NCBI GenBank assembly: GCA_964518475.1
Contig: CAZFGR010000011.1
Location: 1-60,953, forward strand
DNA length: 60,953 bases
DNA from: an uncultured Nitrososphaerota archaeon
Lineage (GTDB): Archaea; Asgardarchaeota; Njordarchaeia; Njordarchaeales; Njordarchaeaceae
Direction of reading: 5' to 3'
Positions 50,694 to 60,627 of this stretch are shown here, piece by piece. The notes beneath the pieces were generated by a model, which was given only the letters and a program-made list of their open reading frames with translations, was not told where the DNA came from and did no database searches. Position 1 is the first letter of the stretch. Each line of letters starts with the position of its first letter. A program made the translations under genes and the position numbers.

Positions 50694-51647
50694 TTATCGC
50701 CTCCTTCTCCTTCTAGTCTCCTCGACAGGAAAAACTCCCGTTCTCCATAAAGCTATTGTTCTAGCGTATCGCTTTCTCCATTGAAGTGCTCCAAGTTTTA
50801 TTGACTTTATAATATTGTAAAGCTCTCTTGGAAAAGGCATTGCTCTGAAAATTACTGGTGTCTTGCTTCCCTTTACATAAACTTTTATGTTACCTACAGG
50901 TATTGAACCAAATAGGTTGTAGATCTTGTACCAGAGAGAAACATCATAATCTATCCTATCTATGGCATATCTTGGGATGTTGCCGCCGAACTCGTCTCCT
51001 ATTCTCCTGTTATAACTGATTCCGCTTTTCTCTCCCACTATCACACTATATTTTTCTCTTGCTAGAATTTTTATCACGTTATTTAGAGCGTCTGTTACTA
51101 TTATTGCAAGGGCTAGAATAAATAATGCAAATGATTCTGGCGACACTTGGCTAGGCAAGATGTTAATTAGTGTCGTTTTTATGCTGTAGATGTTGAAAAA
51201 GGTCATTACAACAAATAAGAATGCACTTATCAGAATAGCTAATTGGATTATGAAATATATTGGGTTTGCTAAGTAGTAGTATTGATAGCCTCCATAAAGA
51301 ATGTTATCATTGGCTGTGATTCTTAGTGCCTTGAGGTAGTCCCTAGATGTTAAAAAGACTAGAGGATCAACTAACACGTAGCCTCTTTTAGGTTCGTGGT
51401 GAACGAGTCCAAGTTCTTCTAAAATCGCTAATTTCTCTTTCACAACTTTTTCGTCAATTCCCAGCTCTTTGGAGATTCTTTCAGCAGTGAATGTTCTTTC
51501 ATCAATATATTTCGTCATTATGTGGTCAATGATTCTAGCTAGTACAATATCAGTTTTTCTATGAAGAATGAACCCTACTGCTCCTCCAATAATGAAACCA
51601 ATTATCACTATAATTAGAAATATGGAAAGGGACATTTTGAAATGCAC
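50694..51647 (-). CDS. membrane protein with wHTH domain and bacterial-PH-like C-terminal domain
   Basis: TM - FTAERISKELGIDEKVVKEKLAILEELGLV - 2 TM - IPRYAIDRIDY..GNIKVY..FRAMPFP. Confidence 0.65.
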   Translation of the reverse strand: MHFKMSLSIFLIIVIIGFIIGGAVGFILHRKTDIVLARIIDHIMTKYIDERTFTAERISKELGIDEKVVKEKLAILEELGLVHHEPKRGYVLVDPLVFLTSRDYLKALRITANDNILYGGYQYYYLANPIYFIIQLAILISAFLFVVMTFFNIYSIKTTLINILPSQVSPESFALFILALAIIVTDALNNVIKILAREKYSVIVGEKSGISYNRRIGDEFGGNIPRYAIDRIDYDVSLWYKIYNLFGSIPVGNIKVYVKGSKTPVIFRAMPFPRELYNIIKSIKLGALQWRKRYARTIALWRTGVFPVEETRRRRRR

Positions 51648-51831
51648 CTATTTCGAAGACTTCATATTAGTATTGCCTCACTTCTCTATATAAGTTCGCC
51701 ACTAACGACTATTAGAACAGTTTTGTTGTTGCAATAATGCGATGCTTTTTATAATTAGGAAAATGTTATAATGTAAAAAATCCTTTTGCCAGCTAAGTAT
51801 TCATGGTCATCATCCGAGTTAAATAAAAACG

Positions 51832-52155
51832 GTGAAAAACTTGTTGAAAGGCGTGCTGTTAAAAGATGGTATTTACCCTGCCAAAAATATGTCACCTCAA
51901 GAAGTGCTGAAAGATGACGGTTGTGCTGTAATTATTGATGATGAGAACAGAGAAATCTATCTTTGGGTAGGTTCTAAAGCTAAATCAATTGATAAATTTA
52001 AAGCTGCTCGATTAGCTCACATGCTTAATTGGAGATTATTCGGAGGAGCGGCAAGGATTGTTCAAGATAGGAACCAGATACTTAATACTCTGGAGAAATT
52101 TAGTAAAATAGATGATGAAATCCCCTCGGAAGAATTAAAAGCTATACTTGGATGA
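51832..52155 (+). CDS. single-domain gelsolin/cofilin-superfamily protein
   Basis: LKDDGCAVIIDDENREIYLWVGSKAKSIDKFKAARLAHML matches the gelsolin repeat core (L..dcfIlD....IyvWvG.....ek..A...A). Confidence 0.72.
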   Translation: MKNLLKGVLLKDGIYPAKNMSPQEVLKDDGCAVIIDDENREIYLWVGSKAKSIDKFKAARLAHMLNWRLFGGAARIVQDRNQILNTLEKFSKIDDEIPSEELKAILG

Positions 52156-52177
52156 CCCAGTACTGTAGATAGGGATT

Positions 52178-52726
52178 TTAGAAAAGCTTATGCAAAGTTT
52201 CGTAACCATACTTGATGGCCTTTACATTGAGATCCCTATAAGCCTCTTTAGTCTCCTTTTTTATGATGGTTATAAGATCTTCCAGAGAGATTATACTTGA
52301 TAGTCGAGCATAAATTCCCAGAAGCACCATGTTAGATAAGAGGGCTCCACCTACTTTCTCAGCCATTCTTAAAATTGGTAACTTGATTATCCTCTCGTAC
52401 TTTATATTATCTAAATCCTTGACAAGATCTTCATCAATAACGAGAAACCTTGTTCTTCGGGGGGCGTGTGCTAGTAATCCTTTTTGATGCAGAGCTAGGA
52501 TAAAGTCTGGTTTTCGCACAAATGGGTAATATATCCTTGTGTCCGAGATTATTACTCCACTACTCGATGCCCCTCCCCTCACTTCTGCCCCATACATCTT
52601 GGTCATTACGGTATAGTAGTTCTTTTTGATAGCAGCTTTGGCAATAATCTCTCCCGCCAGAACAATTCCTTGTCCGCCTATTCCCGTGATAAAAATCTCT
52701 TCTCTCATTTTCTCTTTCCCTCCCAT
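52178..52726 (-). CDS. 2-oxoacid:ferredoxin oxidoreductase gamma subunit
   Basis: GIGGQGIVLAG, YGAEVRGG, NMVLLG. Confidence 0.93.
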   Translation of the reverse strand: MGGKEKMREEIFITGIGGQGIVLAGEIIAKAAIKKNYYTVMTKMYGAEVRGGASSSGVIISDTRIYYPFVRKPDFILALHQKGLLAHAPRRTRFLVIDEDLVKDLDNIKYERIIKLPILRMAEKVGGALLSNMVLLGIYARLSSIISLEDLITIIKKETKEAYRDLNVKAIKYGYETLHKLF

Positions 52727-53550
52727 TGTCTTAGCGCTTTTTCACGGAGAAGTTGAATGCTCCTGAGGAGACCGGGTCGATCCCGAATTACGAATTCGCC
52801 AACTAATATTTTATCCCCAATCGTTCCTTTTCTCTTAGCACTTTGAATATCAATAGTATTTTTCTTGAAAAAGTCGAGAATATTCTTTAGATTCCCAAAA
52901 TTCCTGGGGACGTATCTCGAAGTACATGGTGATAAGACTTCTATGAATCTGAATCCCTCCATTTGCAAGGCCTTAATGAATGACCGTTCAAGCTGTATTT
53001 GGTGGAGAATTGTCCATCGAGCAACATAATTTGCTCCAGCTTCTGCTACTATCTTAGAAACATCGAGGGCATGTTCGGGATTACCGTAAGGGGTAGTAAT
53101 AGTCACGGCACCTGATGGTGTAGTAGGTGCTAGTTGGCCTCCGGTCATTCCATAGTTAAAATTATTAACCATTATTACGAGAAGATCCGCATTTCGCCGA
53201 GCAGCATGTAAGAGATGATTGCCTCCAATAGCTACTAAATCACCATCACCAGAAATAACTACCACATTAAGCGCTGGATTTGCGAGTTTTATTCCCATGG
53301 CTACGGGTATTGGTCTTCCATGTAATGTGTGAACAGTATCTGCTTTAAAATGTGGAGATGGAATCCAAGCTGCACAGCCAATACCGGATACGAATACAAA
53401 TTTCTCAAAAGACCCGTATACCTTATCAACGGCTCTAAGAAATGCATTAGCAATGCTCATATTACCGCAACCAGGACACATAACGTGAGGAAAAACTTCT
53501 GTTCTCAAATACTTATCAAGAGGATGAGTCTGAGAAGCCAAATCATACAC
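52705..53550 (-). CDS. 2-oxoacid:ferredoxin oxidoreductase beta subunit
   Basis: CPGCG, SGIGC, HGR, GDGD, YGMTGGQ, SPC. Confidence 0.95.
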   Translation of the reverse strand: MYDLASQTHPLDKYLRTEVFPHVMCPGCGNMSIANAFLRAVDKVYGSFEKFVFVSGIGCAAWIPSPHFKADTVHTLHGRPIPVAMGIKLANPALNVVVISGDGDLVAIGGNHLLHAARRNADLLVIMVNNFNYGMTGGQLAPTTPSGAVTITTPYGNPEHALDVSKIVAEAGANYVARWTILHQIQLERSFIKALQMEGFRFIEVLSPCTSRYVPRNFGNLKNILDFFKKNTIDIQSAKRKGTIGDKILVGEFVIRDRPGLLRSIQLLREKALRQWEGKRK

Positions 53551-54730
53551 CTCTTATGACTTTTTTCACGTATCCAATTATTTCTTCTGGCGAAATAGGC
53601 TCTCCACCACCTATTTTATTAAGAGCATAGACTGGAACGATATCCTTTAGTATTCGTTCAATTTCCAGAACATACATTCCAGTGTTCATTTCTGGAACAA
53701 CTATTGCATCAACTCCCGTATCTTCAGCAAATTTCCTCAGAATCTCTTCTGGGGAAGGCCAAAGAGTTATCGGTCTAAAAAGTGCTATTTTGATGCCTTC
53801 TTCTCTTCCCAGCTCAATAGCTTCTCGCGCAGCTCTATAAACAGAGCCATAAGCTACGAGACCTATCCTGGCATTATCTTCCCCAGAAACCTCATATTTA
53901 ATGATCTTATCTTTGTTCTTTCTCACCTTGTTAACTAAATGCCAAACCAGCTTCCTATGTACTAATGGATCTTGCGTTTTTCGATATCCCTTTTCATCAT
54001 GCGTAGACCCTGTGACCAGAACGTTGTATCCTTTCCCCAATGTAGGGAATGGAGCTATATTTATTCCATCACCACCAAAATGTGGTTCCTCAGGTGTTTT
54101 TGGTTCACGACACTTAACTTTAGTAACTGACTTTTCGTTAGGTATTTCAACAACTTCTTCTAGATGACCCACTATTTCATCTGGGAGAATGATAACGGGA
54201 ACTCGGTACAGGTCCGCTAAATTAAATGCTTCTATTGTAAGATCAAGCATTTCTTGTGCAAAAGCTGGAGCTAAAACGATAACTTCTTGATCTCCATGGC
54301 GCCCCCAGCGTGCTTGCATAACATCTCCTTGTGCAGATTTCGTTGCCTGTCCTGTACTTGGTCCAGCACGCATGACATCGACCAAAACTATTGGTGTCTC
54401 CGTCATAACCGCATACCCTAATCCTTCTTGCATTAGCGAGAAACCAGGCCCACTAGTCGCGGTCATTGCTCTGACTCCAGCCCAACTAGCTCCAATAATC
54501 GCCATGATCGATGACAGTTCATCTTCCATTTGTATAAATGTTCCGCCCACAAGGGGGAGGTATTTAGCCATAAAATTCATTATTTCTGAGCTAGGAGTTA
54601 TGGGATAACCTGCAAAAAATCTGCAATCAGCAAGTAATGCTCCAATAGCTAGGGCTTCATTTCCCATTAGCAAGTATCGGCCGGGTGGAAACAAATCATT
54701 AACTTTCAAAGAGGTTGCCATAGTCTTCAC
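53543..54730 (-). CDS. 2-oxoacid:ferredoxin oxidoreductase alpha subunit
   Basis: GNEA, GYPITPSSE, QMEDE, TATSGPG, RAGPSTG, PEMN. Confidence 0.95.
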   Translation of the reverse strand: MKTMATSLKVNDLFPPGRYLLMGNEALAIGALLADCRFFAGYPITPSSEIMNFMAKYLPLVGGTFIQMEDELSSIMAIIGASWAGVRAMTATSGPGFSLMQEGLGYAVMTETPIVLVDVMRAGPSTGQATKSAQGDVMQARWGRHGDQEVIVLAPAFAQEMLDLTIEAFNLADLYRVPVIILPDEIVGHLEEVVEIPNEKSVTKVKCREPKTPEEPHFGGDGINIAPFPTLGKGYNVLVTGSTHDEKGYRKTQDPLVHRKLVWHLVNKVRKNKDKIIKYEVSGEDNARIGLVAYGSVYRAAREAIELGREEGIKIALFRPITLWPSPEEILRKFAEDTGVDAIVVPEMNTGMYVLEIERILKDIVPVYALNKIGGGEPISPEEIIGYVKKVIRGV

Positions 54731-54822
54731 TTAATCCTAAAATCGTTCTAAAACTACTTAAGAAAATGAGTTATAAGGGGTTTATATCCTGTTAACATTT
54801 ATCTTCGCGAGACAGTTAGTCA

Positions 54823-55890
54823 TTAATTTTTAGAATTTCTAGACTGCTCTGTGCTTATAACATGTTTTAGCCGCGTTTTGACGATGTCTACTTGATGTAT
54901 TGGTTTTGTTTCCCGACCTAAGATGTCTCCAACAACGACACTTAATAGATCTCCAATGAACACAGGTTCTAAAAACGTTCGCCAGCAAAAATAGTTATCG
55001 TTTACTTCTATGGTGATTATTCTATCATCTCCAACAGCATCTTCGAGAATTTTATAATACTCTTTCACAACAGCATCCGCTGAACTTCTTTGGAACACTA
55101 CGACAGTTGCCCTCGCCTTTTCCTCAAACAATGCACAGAGGAGATTATGCCCCATCTCTGGGAATGTGTCCCATTGAGCTATTTTTTTAGAATTCTCTGC
55201 TAATTCATTACGGAATCTGCGAGCTATAGGAGCTGTAAGTACGTCGGTTAAAATAACTAGTTGATTAGATTCAGCGATTCTTTTAGCAATCTCTACAATT
55301 TCTTTTTCAGAAATATTAGAGAGTTTATCTTCTATTCTTTTCATTGCTTCCATTAATTCTTCTTCAACATTAATTTTGCTTCGGAATATTTTCTTAAAAA
55401 TACGTGCAAATATCGTCACTCCGTAGGGGAGATGAGATCTTGTCTCAAGTTTTTTTACCCTTGGCAATTTAGGTACTTCGATCTTTTGGAAGGGTATATT
55501 CGTCTTTCTTGCAAACTTCTCTAAATAACCTCCAGTAGAGGCCACGATGCATTCTACTCTTTTTTCATAGATTTTTTTAAGCGCGTTAAGGACTTCTAGA
55601 GTCGTTCCAGAATAACTGTATATCACATATAGCCAATCCGATACTAAAGGCATCTTGTGAGATCTAAAAACACGTACCGTGATCCCTTCTAATTTTCCCT
55701 CATAGTACTTTTGAATAAATTCCCCAGTTAAGCCGGATGTTCCAATGCCAACGAAGAATACCTTATCCTTCTTTTGCGGAGAGATATCTATTGCATGTTC
55801 AAGTCCGAGCTTTATGAGTAGGGGAAAATTAAGTACTTCGTTAATCATTTCAATATTTTTACGTGAAACAAGTCTTTCAGGTGAGATCAA
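54823..55890 (-). CDS. bifunctional phosphoglucose/phosphomannose isomerase-like SIS protein (start revised to TTG 55890)
   Basis: GIGTSG, SYSGTTLE, STGG, ELAENSK, EMGHN; AGGTG SD before TTG. Confidence 0.8.
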   Translation of the reverse strand: MISPERLVSRKNIEMINEVLNFPLLIKLGLEHAIDISPQKKDKVFFVGIGTSGLTGEFIQKYYEGKLEGITVRVFRSHKMPLVSDWLYVIYSYSGTTLEVLNALKKIYEKRVECIVASTGGYLEKFARKTNIPFQKIEVPKLPRVKKLETRSHLPYGVTIFARIFKKIFRSKINVEEELMEAMKRIEDKLSNISEKEIVEIAKRIAESNQLVILTDVLTAPIARRFRNELAENSKKIAQWDTFPEMGHNLLCALFEEKARATVVVFQRSSADAVVKEYYKILEDAVGDDRIITIEVNDNYFCWRTFLEPVFIGDLLSVVVGDILGRETKPIHQVDIVKTRLKHVISTEQSRNSKN

Positions 55891-55989
55891 TCTAGAACAC
55901 CTATCTTGGGAGAAGCTTGATTTAAAAACAATAATCTTTTTTAAAAAATTCGTCCTCTCTCTTTCCAACCACTTGTTCTGGGAACTGCA

Positions 55990-56937
55990 ATGACTAGGGT
56001 ATTGGTCACCGGAGGAGCTGGATTTATAGGGAGCCATACTGTGGAATTGCTTCTAGAAAAAGAATTTGATGTTGTGATTCTTGATAATTTTAGAACGAGT
56101 TCTAAGCAGAATATAGAGAATATCAAAGGAATTAGAGACAAAAACAAGAAATTGATAATCGTCCAAGGAGATATTCGCGATCCAATAGTTATTCGGGAAG
56201 CGATTAAGGATATAGATGCAGTAATTCATTTAGCAGCTATCGTAAGTGTAGATGAAGCCACAAAATGGCCAGAATTGACTTTTCAAGTGAATGCTGAGGG
56301 AACTCTTAATATATTAGAAGCTCTAAGAAGATTTGATGTCGAAAAAATAGTATATGCGTCTAGCTCAGCGGTTTACGGTGATCCGTTGTATCTCCCAATA
56401 GACGAAAAGCACCCCCTCTTCCCTAAGAATCCTTATGGCGCCTCTAAGTTAGCAGGAGAAGCTTTGGTTAATGCTTATCATCAGACTTATGGATTAAAAG
56501 CAGTGGTTCTTCGCTACTTTAACGTGTATGGTCCCAGAATGCCTCCAGGGCTGTATTCGGGGGTAATTTTGAAATTTATTAAAGCAGCGATAAGAAATGA
56601 CCCGTTAGTGATTTTTGGAGATGGGACACAACTACGTGATTTCGTTTATGTTACGGATGTTGCTAGAGCCAATGTGGTTGCTGTTGAGAAAAATATTAGT
56701 GGAGTATTTAACATTGGGACTGGTAGTGGTACATCGATATTAGATCTCGCAAAAAAGGTAATTGAATTGACAAATTCTAAATCAGAAATAACATTCTCGG
56801 AACCAAGACCGGGAGATATAAAGAAAAGTATAGCGAGCATAGAAAGGGCGAAGAAAATACTTACATGGCGACCAGAAGTTTCATTAGAAGAGGGATTAAA
56901 AAAGACGATCAGGTATTATGTAAATTGTGGTAAGTAG
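55990..56937 (+). CDS. NAD-dependent nucleotide-sugar epimerase/dehydratase (GalE-like)
   Basis: TGGAGFIGSH, YGASK, RYFNVYGP, RDFVYV. Confidence 0.95.
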   Translation: MTRVLVTGGAGFIGSHTVELLLEKEFDVVILDNFRTSSKQNIENIKGIRDKNKKLIIVQGDIRDPIVIREAIKDIDAVIHLAAIVSVDEATKWPELTFQVNAEGTLNILEALRRFDVEKIVYASSSAVYGDPLYLPIDEKHPLFPKNPYGASKLAGEALVNAYHQTYGLKAVVLRYFNVYGPRMPPGLYSGVILKFIKAAIRNDPLVIFGDGTQLRDFVYVTDVARANVVAVEKNISGVFNIGTGSGTSILDLAKKVIELTNSKSEITFSEPRPGDIKKSIASIERAKKILTWRPEVSLEEGLKKTIRYYVNCGK

Positions 56938-56938
56938 G

Positions 56939-57775
56939 TTACGAAAGGATTTCCACCTCTTTCCACGGATCTAATGACTGCGTAATGAAAACTCTTCCAT
57001 TAATTTTACGATCTTTTAAAGCACTTTCTATCTCTGCAGAATCCTTTTTGCTCCTGTTAACGAATACGACATCTATTCCATTAGATACTGCACCAATAAC
57101 ATCGCTTCTAAGAGAATCTCCGATCATGATAACATCCTCAGCCTTCATCTCCAAAATTTTAAGACCCATTTCAAAGAAAATTCTCGCGGGTTTACCCGTT
57201 ATTATAGCTTTTGTACCAGAAGCTACTTCTAAGGCTGTTGCAAAAGCTCCTTCCATTAAAAATAATCCCTCATCATCATAGATTCGGCCTCTTGTCCATA
57301 AGTCACCGCCTAGAACTATAAGTTTCGCTCCTCGCATAATTTGCCTAAATGCATAATTTAGCTGTGGATAAGTTAGATTCCTATTAGCTCCCAGAAGTAC
57401 CGCATCCACTAAACCGTAATCACGAATCTCTATCCAGTAAAATTCAGAAATGTCTTCTAGATGACCTTTTTCGCCGATTAAAAAAACTTTAACTGGTTTT
57501 TCGAAGCGTTGAGAGAGAAACTCTACAGCAACTATTGTTGGATTGACAATTTTATCCGTAGAAACTTTTATTCCTAACATGGCTAGTCTCTTTGCGACGT
57601 ATTTACGTGATTTCCTAGCCAAGTTTGTCATTAGTAGAAATGGTTTATCCTTGATGATTTTCAGGAATTTCCAGGTATCTGGATATACATTCTCATACTC
57701 TATCCCTTCAATAAGTGTTCCCTCAATATCAATTAACACTCCTCTTTTCGTGTTTATCAGGTCTATTAATAACAT
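56939..57775 (-). CDS. HAD-IIA (NagD-like) hydrolase
   Basis: DIEGTL, MTN, GKP, MIGDSLRSDV. Confidence 0.88.
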   Translation of the reverse strand: MLLIDLINTKRGVLIDIEGTLIEGIEYENVYPDTWKFLKIIKDKPFLLMTNLARKSRKYVAKRLAMLGIKVSTDKIVNPTIVAVEFLSQRFEKPVKVFLIGEKGHLEDISEFYWIEIRDYGLVDAVLLGANRNLTYPQLNYAFRQIMRGAKLIVLGGDLWTRGRIYDDEGLFLMEGAFATALEVASGTKAIITGKPARIFFEMGLKILEMKAEDVIMIGDSLRSDVIGAVSNGIDVVFVNRSKKDSAEIESALKDRKINGRVFITQSLDPWKEVEILS

Positions 57776-57808
57776 ATCCCCTACCTCCGCATGTAAGGTG
57801 AAAAAGCT

Positions 57809-58558
57809 TTATCTCAACCACTCTATAGAAGGCTTCTCCTTAGTTTCTTTTGGTGGCTCTATTCGACAGAATTCTAATCCATATTTAGTAAGGAGCTCCT
57901 TAGCAGTCGCTGTTATGTGAGGAGCCACTAGTATTCCGCGAACATTAGTATAACCCTTCTCAAGAAAATAATCAATGTATCTCTTCAATTGGGATACTGC
58001 TTCTAGTTGCGCGATTGATCTTTTAAATTCGCACACAACAATGTTCCCATAGCGGTCCTTTCCTAATAGATCTATTTTTCCGTGATGCGTTTTTATCTCT
58101 GTATCAATGACAGAGAAGCCTTCTTCTATGAGCTCTGGATTCTCTCTAACGACTCTTACCATATCATTTTCTGAGGCCCATAATCTAAAATTAGCCAAAC
58201 CCATTTTCATAGCGGTGAACGCATAGACGTGCAGAATATGCACCAAGAGAATTTCTTTAGGTCTCATCCTTATGCTCTTTAGTTCGAGCTTTTCCTCGCG
58301 AAGAATCATGCGAGGAATACTCCCCGGAGGTTGCCAATTAATAGGTTCTCTCTTAATTTTTCCATGAACTAATAAAGTCCCATCAGGTTTTGATATTATT
58401 AATCGATCGCCCCATTCTAAATAGCTTTTAGCTCTCCCTTCATATACCACGTCACAGTAGCAGAAGATAGTTATCACATGCGTTCTACATAGTTTATTAA
58501 ATTCCTCAGCAACCCATTGCAAATCTGGTTCCGTTCTTACTATACATTTATCCAGCAT
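57809..58558 (-). CDS. nucS: mismatch-specific endonuclease NucS/EndoMS
   Basis: YEGRA, KPDGTLLVH, PINWQPPG, IDLLG...EFKR, QLKRY, RGILVAP. Confidence 0.95.
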   Translation of the reverse strand: MLDKCIVRTEPDLQWVAEEFNKLCRTHVITIFCYCDVVYEGRAKSYLEWGDRLIISKPDGTLLVHGKIKREPINWQPPGSIPRMILREEKLELKSIRMRPKEILLVHILHVYAFTAMKMGLANFRLWASENDMVRVVRENPELIEEGFSVIDTEIKTHHGKIDLLGKDRYGNIVVCEFKRSIAQLEAVSQLKRYIDYFLEKGYTNVRGILVAPHITATAKELLTKYGLEFCRIEPPKETKEKPSIEWLR

Positions 58559-58794
58559 TCAGAACCCCCGAACCAGAGAAGACACATCAGGCTACTTCAG
58601 CCCGATCATTTAATTTCTAATTATCTTCTCTCTAGACTTAATCTTTTTCCACATTAGCTTTTAACTATTCATTACAGAAAAGAAAATTTATCCACTTTAG
58701 AGAGAATAGAGTTTGTTTTAATAAAAAATAGAGTTGTGATTAAGTGCTCTGTTAATTCAGCATTACTACAGTTCTATTTAATATCGTGCATGTT

Positions 58795-60627
58795 TTATGG
58801 AAGAACTACATATTTTTGTAATCCTCGGGGAGAATCTATTGGATTTCCTTTGAATACGCCGATCCAGTACGCTAATAGCTGGAGAGGAATTACATTGACG
58901 AAAGGAGCTAATGCATCTTGAACATCTGGTGTGGCTATTACGTCTCTGGATATTCTCTTTGCTCTTGTAGCATCTTTTTCATTCGTTATTATGATTGATC
59001 TTATCTTGATGGGAGATAGTTCCGATAGTAATTGATAAGCGTCTGCTCTTGCATCCTCCTCTGTAGGCATTATCAGTATTACTGGGAAACCTTCCGTGAG
59101 AATGGCTCTTGGGCCATGTCTTAATTCACCTGCTTCAATGCCTTCCGCATGTATATATGCTACTTCTTTTAGTTTTAATGCTCCTTCCAAGGCTATTGGG
59201 TAGTTTATCCCTCGTGAAGCTACTAGTACAGATTGAGTTTTCATTATTTCTTTCGCAATTCGTTTCACTGTTTCATTAACGCCTTGGATTGTTTTCTCTA
59301 GAACAATTGGTAGGTTGTAAAGATTCTCTTTTATCGTATCTATCTCTTTCTTAGGCACAATATCTCTTATTTCAGCTAGTTTTAACGCTACTCTGTAGAT
59401 AGCTAAGAGTTGGCCAATGAAGGATTTTGTTGCTGGCACGGCGTGCTCTGGGCCGACGCCCAGAGGAAGATAGAGGTTCGAGGCGAACATTAAGGGCGAT
59501 CCTAAGACATTCATTATTCCGATAATAGATGCCCCGAACATCTTAGCCTTCATTACCGCTCTAATAACATCCGTTGTTGTTCCAGATTGTGATAAAGCTA
59601 TGATAACCGTTCCTGGTTTCACGTTTTTCAATGCATAAAAGGGGAATTCTGTTGCGTCAATTACTTCTGAAGGAATATCAGCAAGCTCCCTGAGTAGATA
59701 ACTCCCTACTTGTGCTGCATAATATGAGGAGCCACAGCCGATTAGGTAAATCTTGTCAGCATTAATGATCATTCTGGCTATTAGATCGAGATATGTTTTC
59801 TGGTGAGTAAAAAGAGCCCTGCGAATAGCGGAGGGAATTTCAAAGATTTCCCTCAACATGAAGTGATTGAATCCTCCAGGTACTCTATACTCTATTTTAT
59901 CTGGAGCTTTCCTCGATTGTTTTTTTATTCCTTCACCCTTGTGGTTATAGAAGTGAATTCCTCGCTTATCAATTATTGCAATTTCGTTTTCCTTCAATAC
60001 ATAATACTCTCTCACTAATGGGACTAAAGCCTCAAGTTCTGAAGCGACTAGGTACTTGCTATCTTCACTTAAGCCAATGAATAACTCCGGACCCTTGGAT
60101 ATTAGGCCCAGTTTATCAGACTCCTCTTTAGATATTATGGCTGTTGCGAAATATCCCTGGAAGTGCTTTAAAATATCTAATAGGGCTTCTCTAAATCCAG
60201 ATTTCTGGAGAGACTCCTCTAAGCGATGGGCGATTAATTCTGCATCGTTCTTTGATGAGAAGATATGACCTTTCTTCTCGAATTCCTCCCTCCAGACATC
60301 ATAATCAGCTATTACACCATCCATAACAGTGTACACTTTTTTTACACAATCCGTAAGTGGTTGTGTATTATTTGTGTCAGGCCTACCATGTGTTGCATGT
60401 CTGATATTGCCAATGCCAATCACACCTACTAGAGTCTGGAGATTCAACCTTTTCTCAAAATCCTCGACCCCGTCCGGGTATCTTTCAATAATTATGTCCT
60501 TATTTTGCTTTAGGATGGCTATTCCAGTGCCTTGATTTCCTCGGTGTTTAAGTTTTTTAAGAATTGTCAGGAGGGGATCACCTATTGGTTCTTCCCGTAG
60601 GGTGTAAAGACAAGCAATGCCGCCCAA
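58795..60627 (-). CDS. glmS: glucosamine-6-phosphate synthase (GlmS) homologue with degenerate glutaminase domain (start revised to TTG 60627)
   Basis: Ntn domain plus two SIS domains (SQSGTT, ATKS, EGALKLKE, HGP); N-terminus reads MGGIAC rather than MCGI. Confidence 0.85.
   Translation of the reverse strand: MGGIACLYTLREEPIGDPLLTILKKLKHRGNQGTGIAILKQNKDIIIERYPDGVEDFEKRLNLQTLVGVIGIGNIRHATHGRPDTNNTQPLTDCVKKVYTVMDGVIADYDVWREEFEKKGHIFSSKNDAELIAHRLEESLQKSGFREALLDILKHFQGYFATAIISKEESDKLGLISKGPELFIGLSEDSKYLVASELEALVPLVREYYVLKENEIAIIDKRGIHFYNHKGEGIKKQSRKAPDKIEYRVPGGFNHFMLREIFEIPSAIRRALFTHQKTYLDLIARMIINADKIYLIGCGSSYYAAQVGSYLLRELADIPSEVIDATEFPFYALKNVKPGTVIIALSQSGTTTDVIRAVMKAKMFGASIIGIMNVLGSPLMFASNLYLPLGVGPEHAVPATKSFIGQLLAIYRVALKLAEIRDIVPKKEIDTIKENLYNLPIVLEKTIQGVNETVKRIAKEIMKTQSVLVASRGINYPIALEGALKLKEVAYIHAEGIEAGELRHGPRAILTEGFPVILIMPTEEDARADAYQLLSELSPIKIRSIIITNEKDATRAKRISRDVIATPDVQDALAPFVNVIPLQLLAYWIGVFKGNPIDSPRGLQKYVVLP

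Noticed and set aside
51807-51813. Isolated perfect C box (ATGATGA, minus strand)
   Set aside because: No correctly spaced D box downstream
55891-56037. N-terminal extension of the PGI/PMI ORF
   Set aside because: Overlaps the divergent epimerase start; an SD-led TTG at 55890 is the better start
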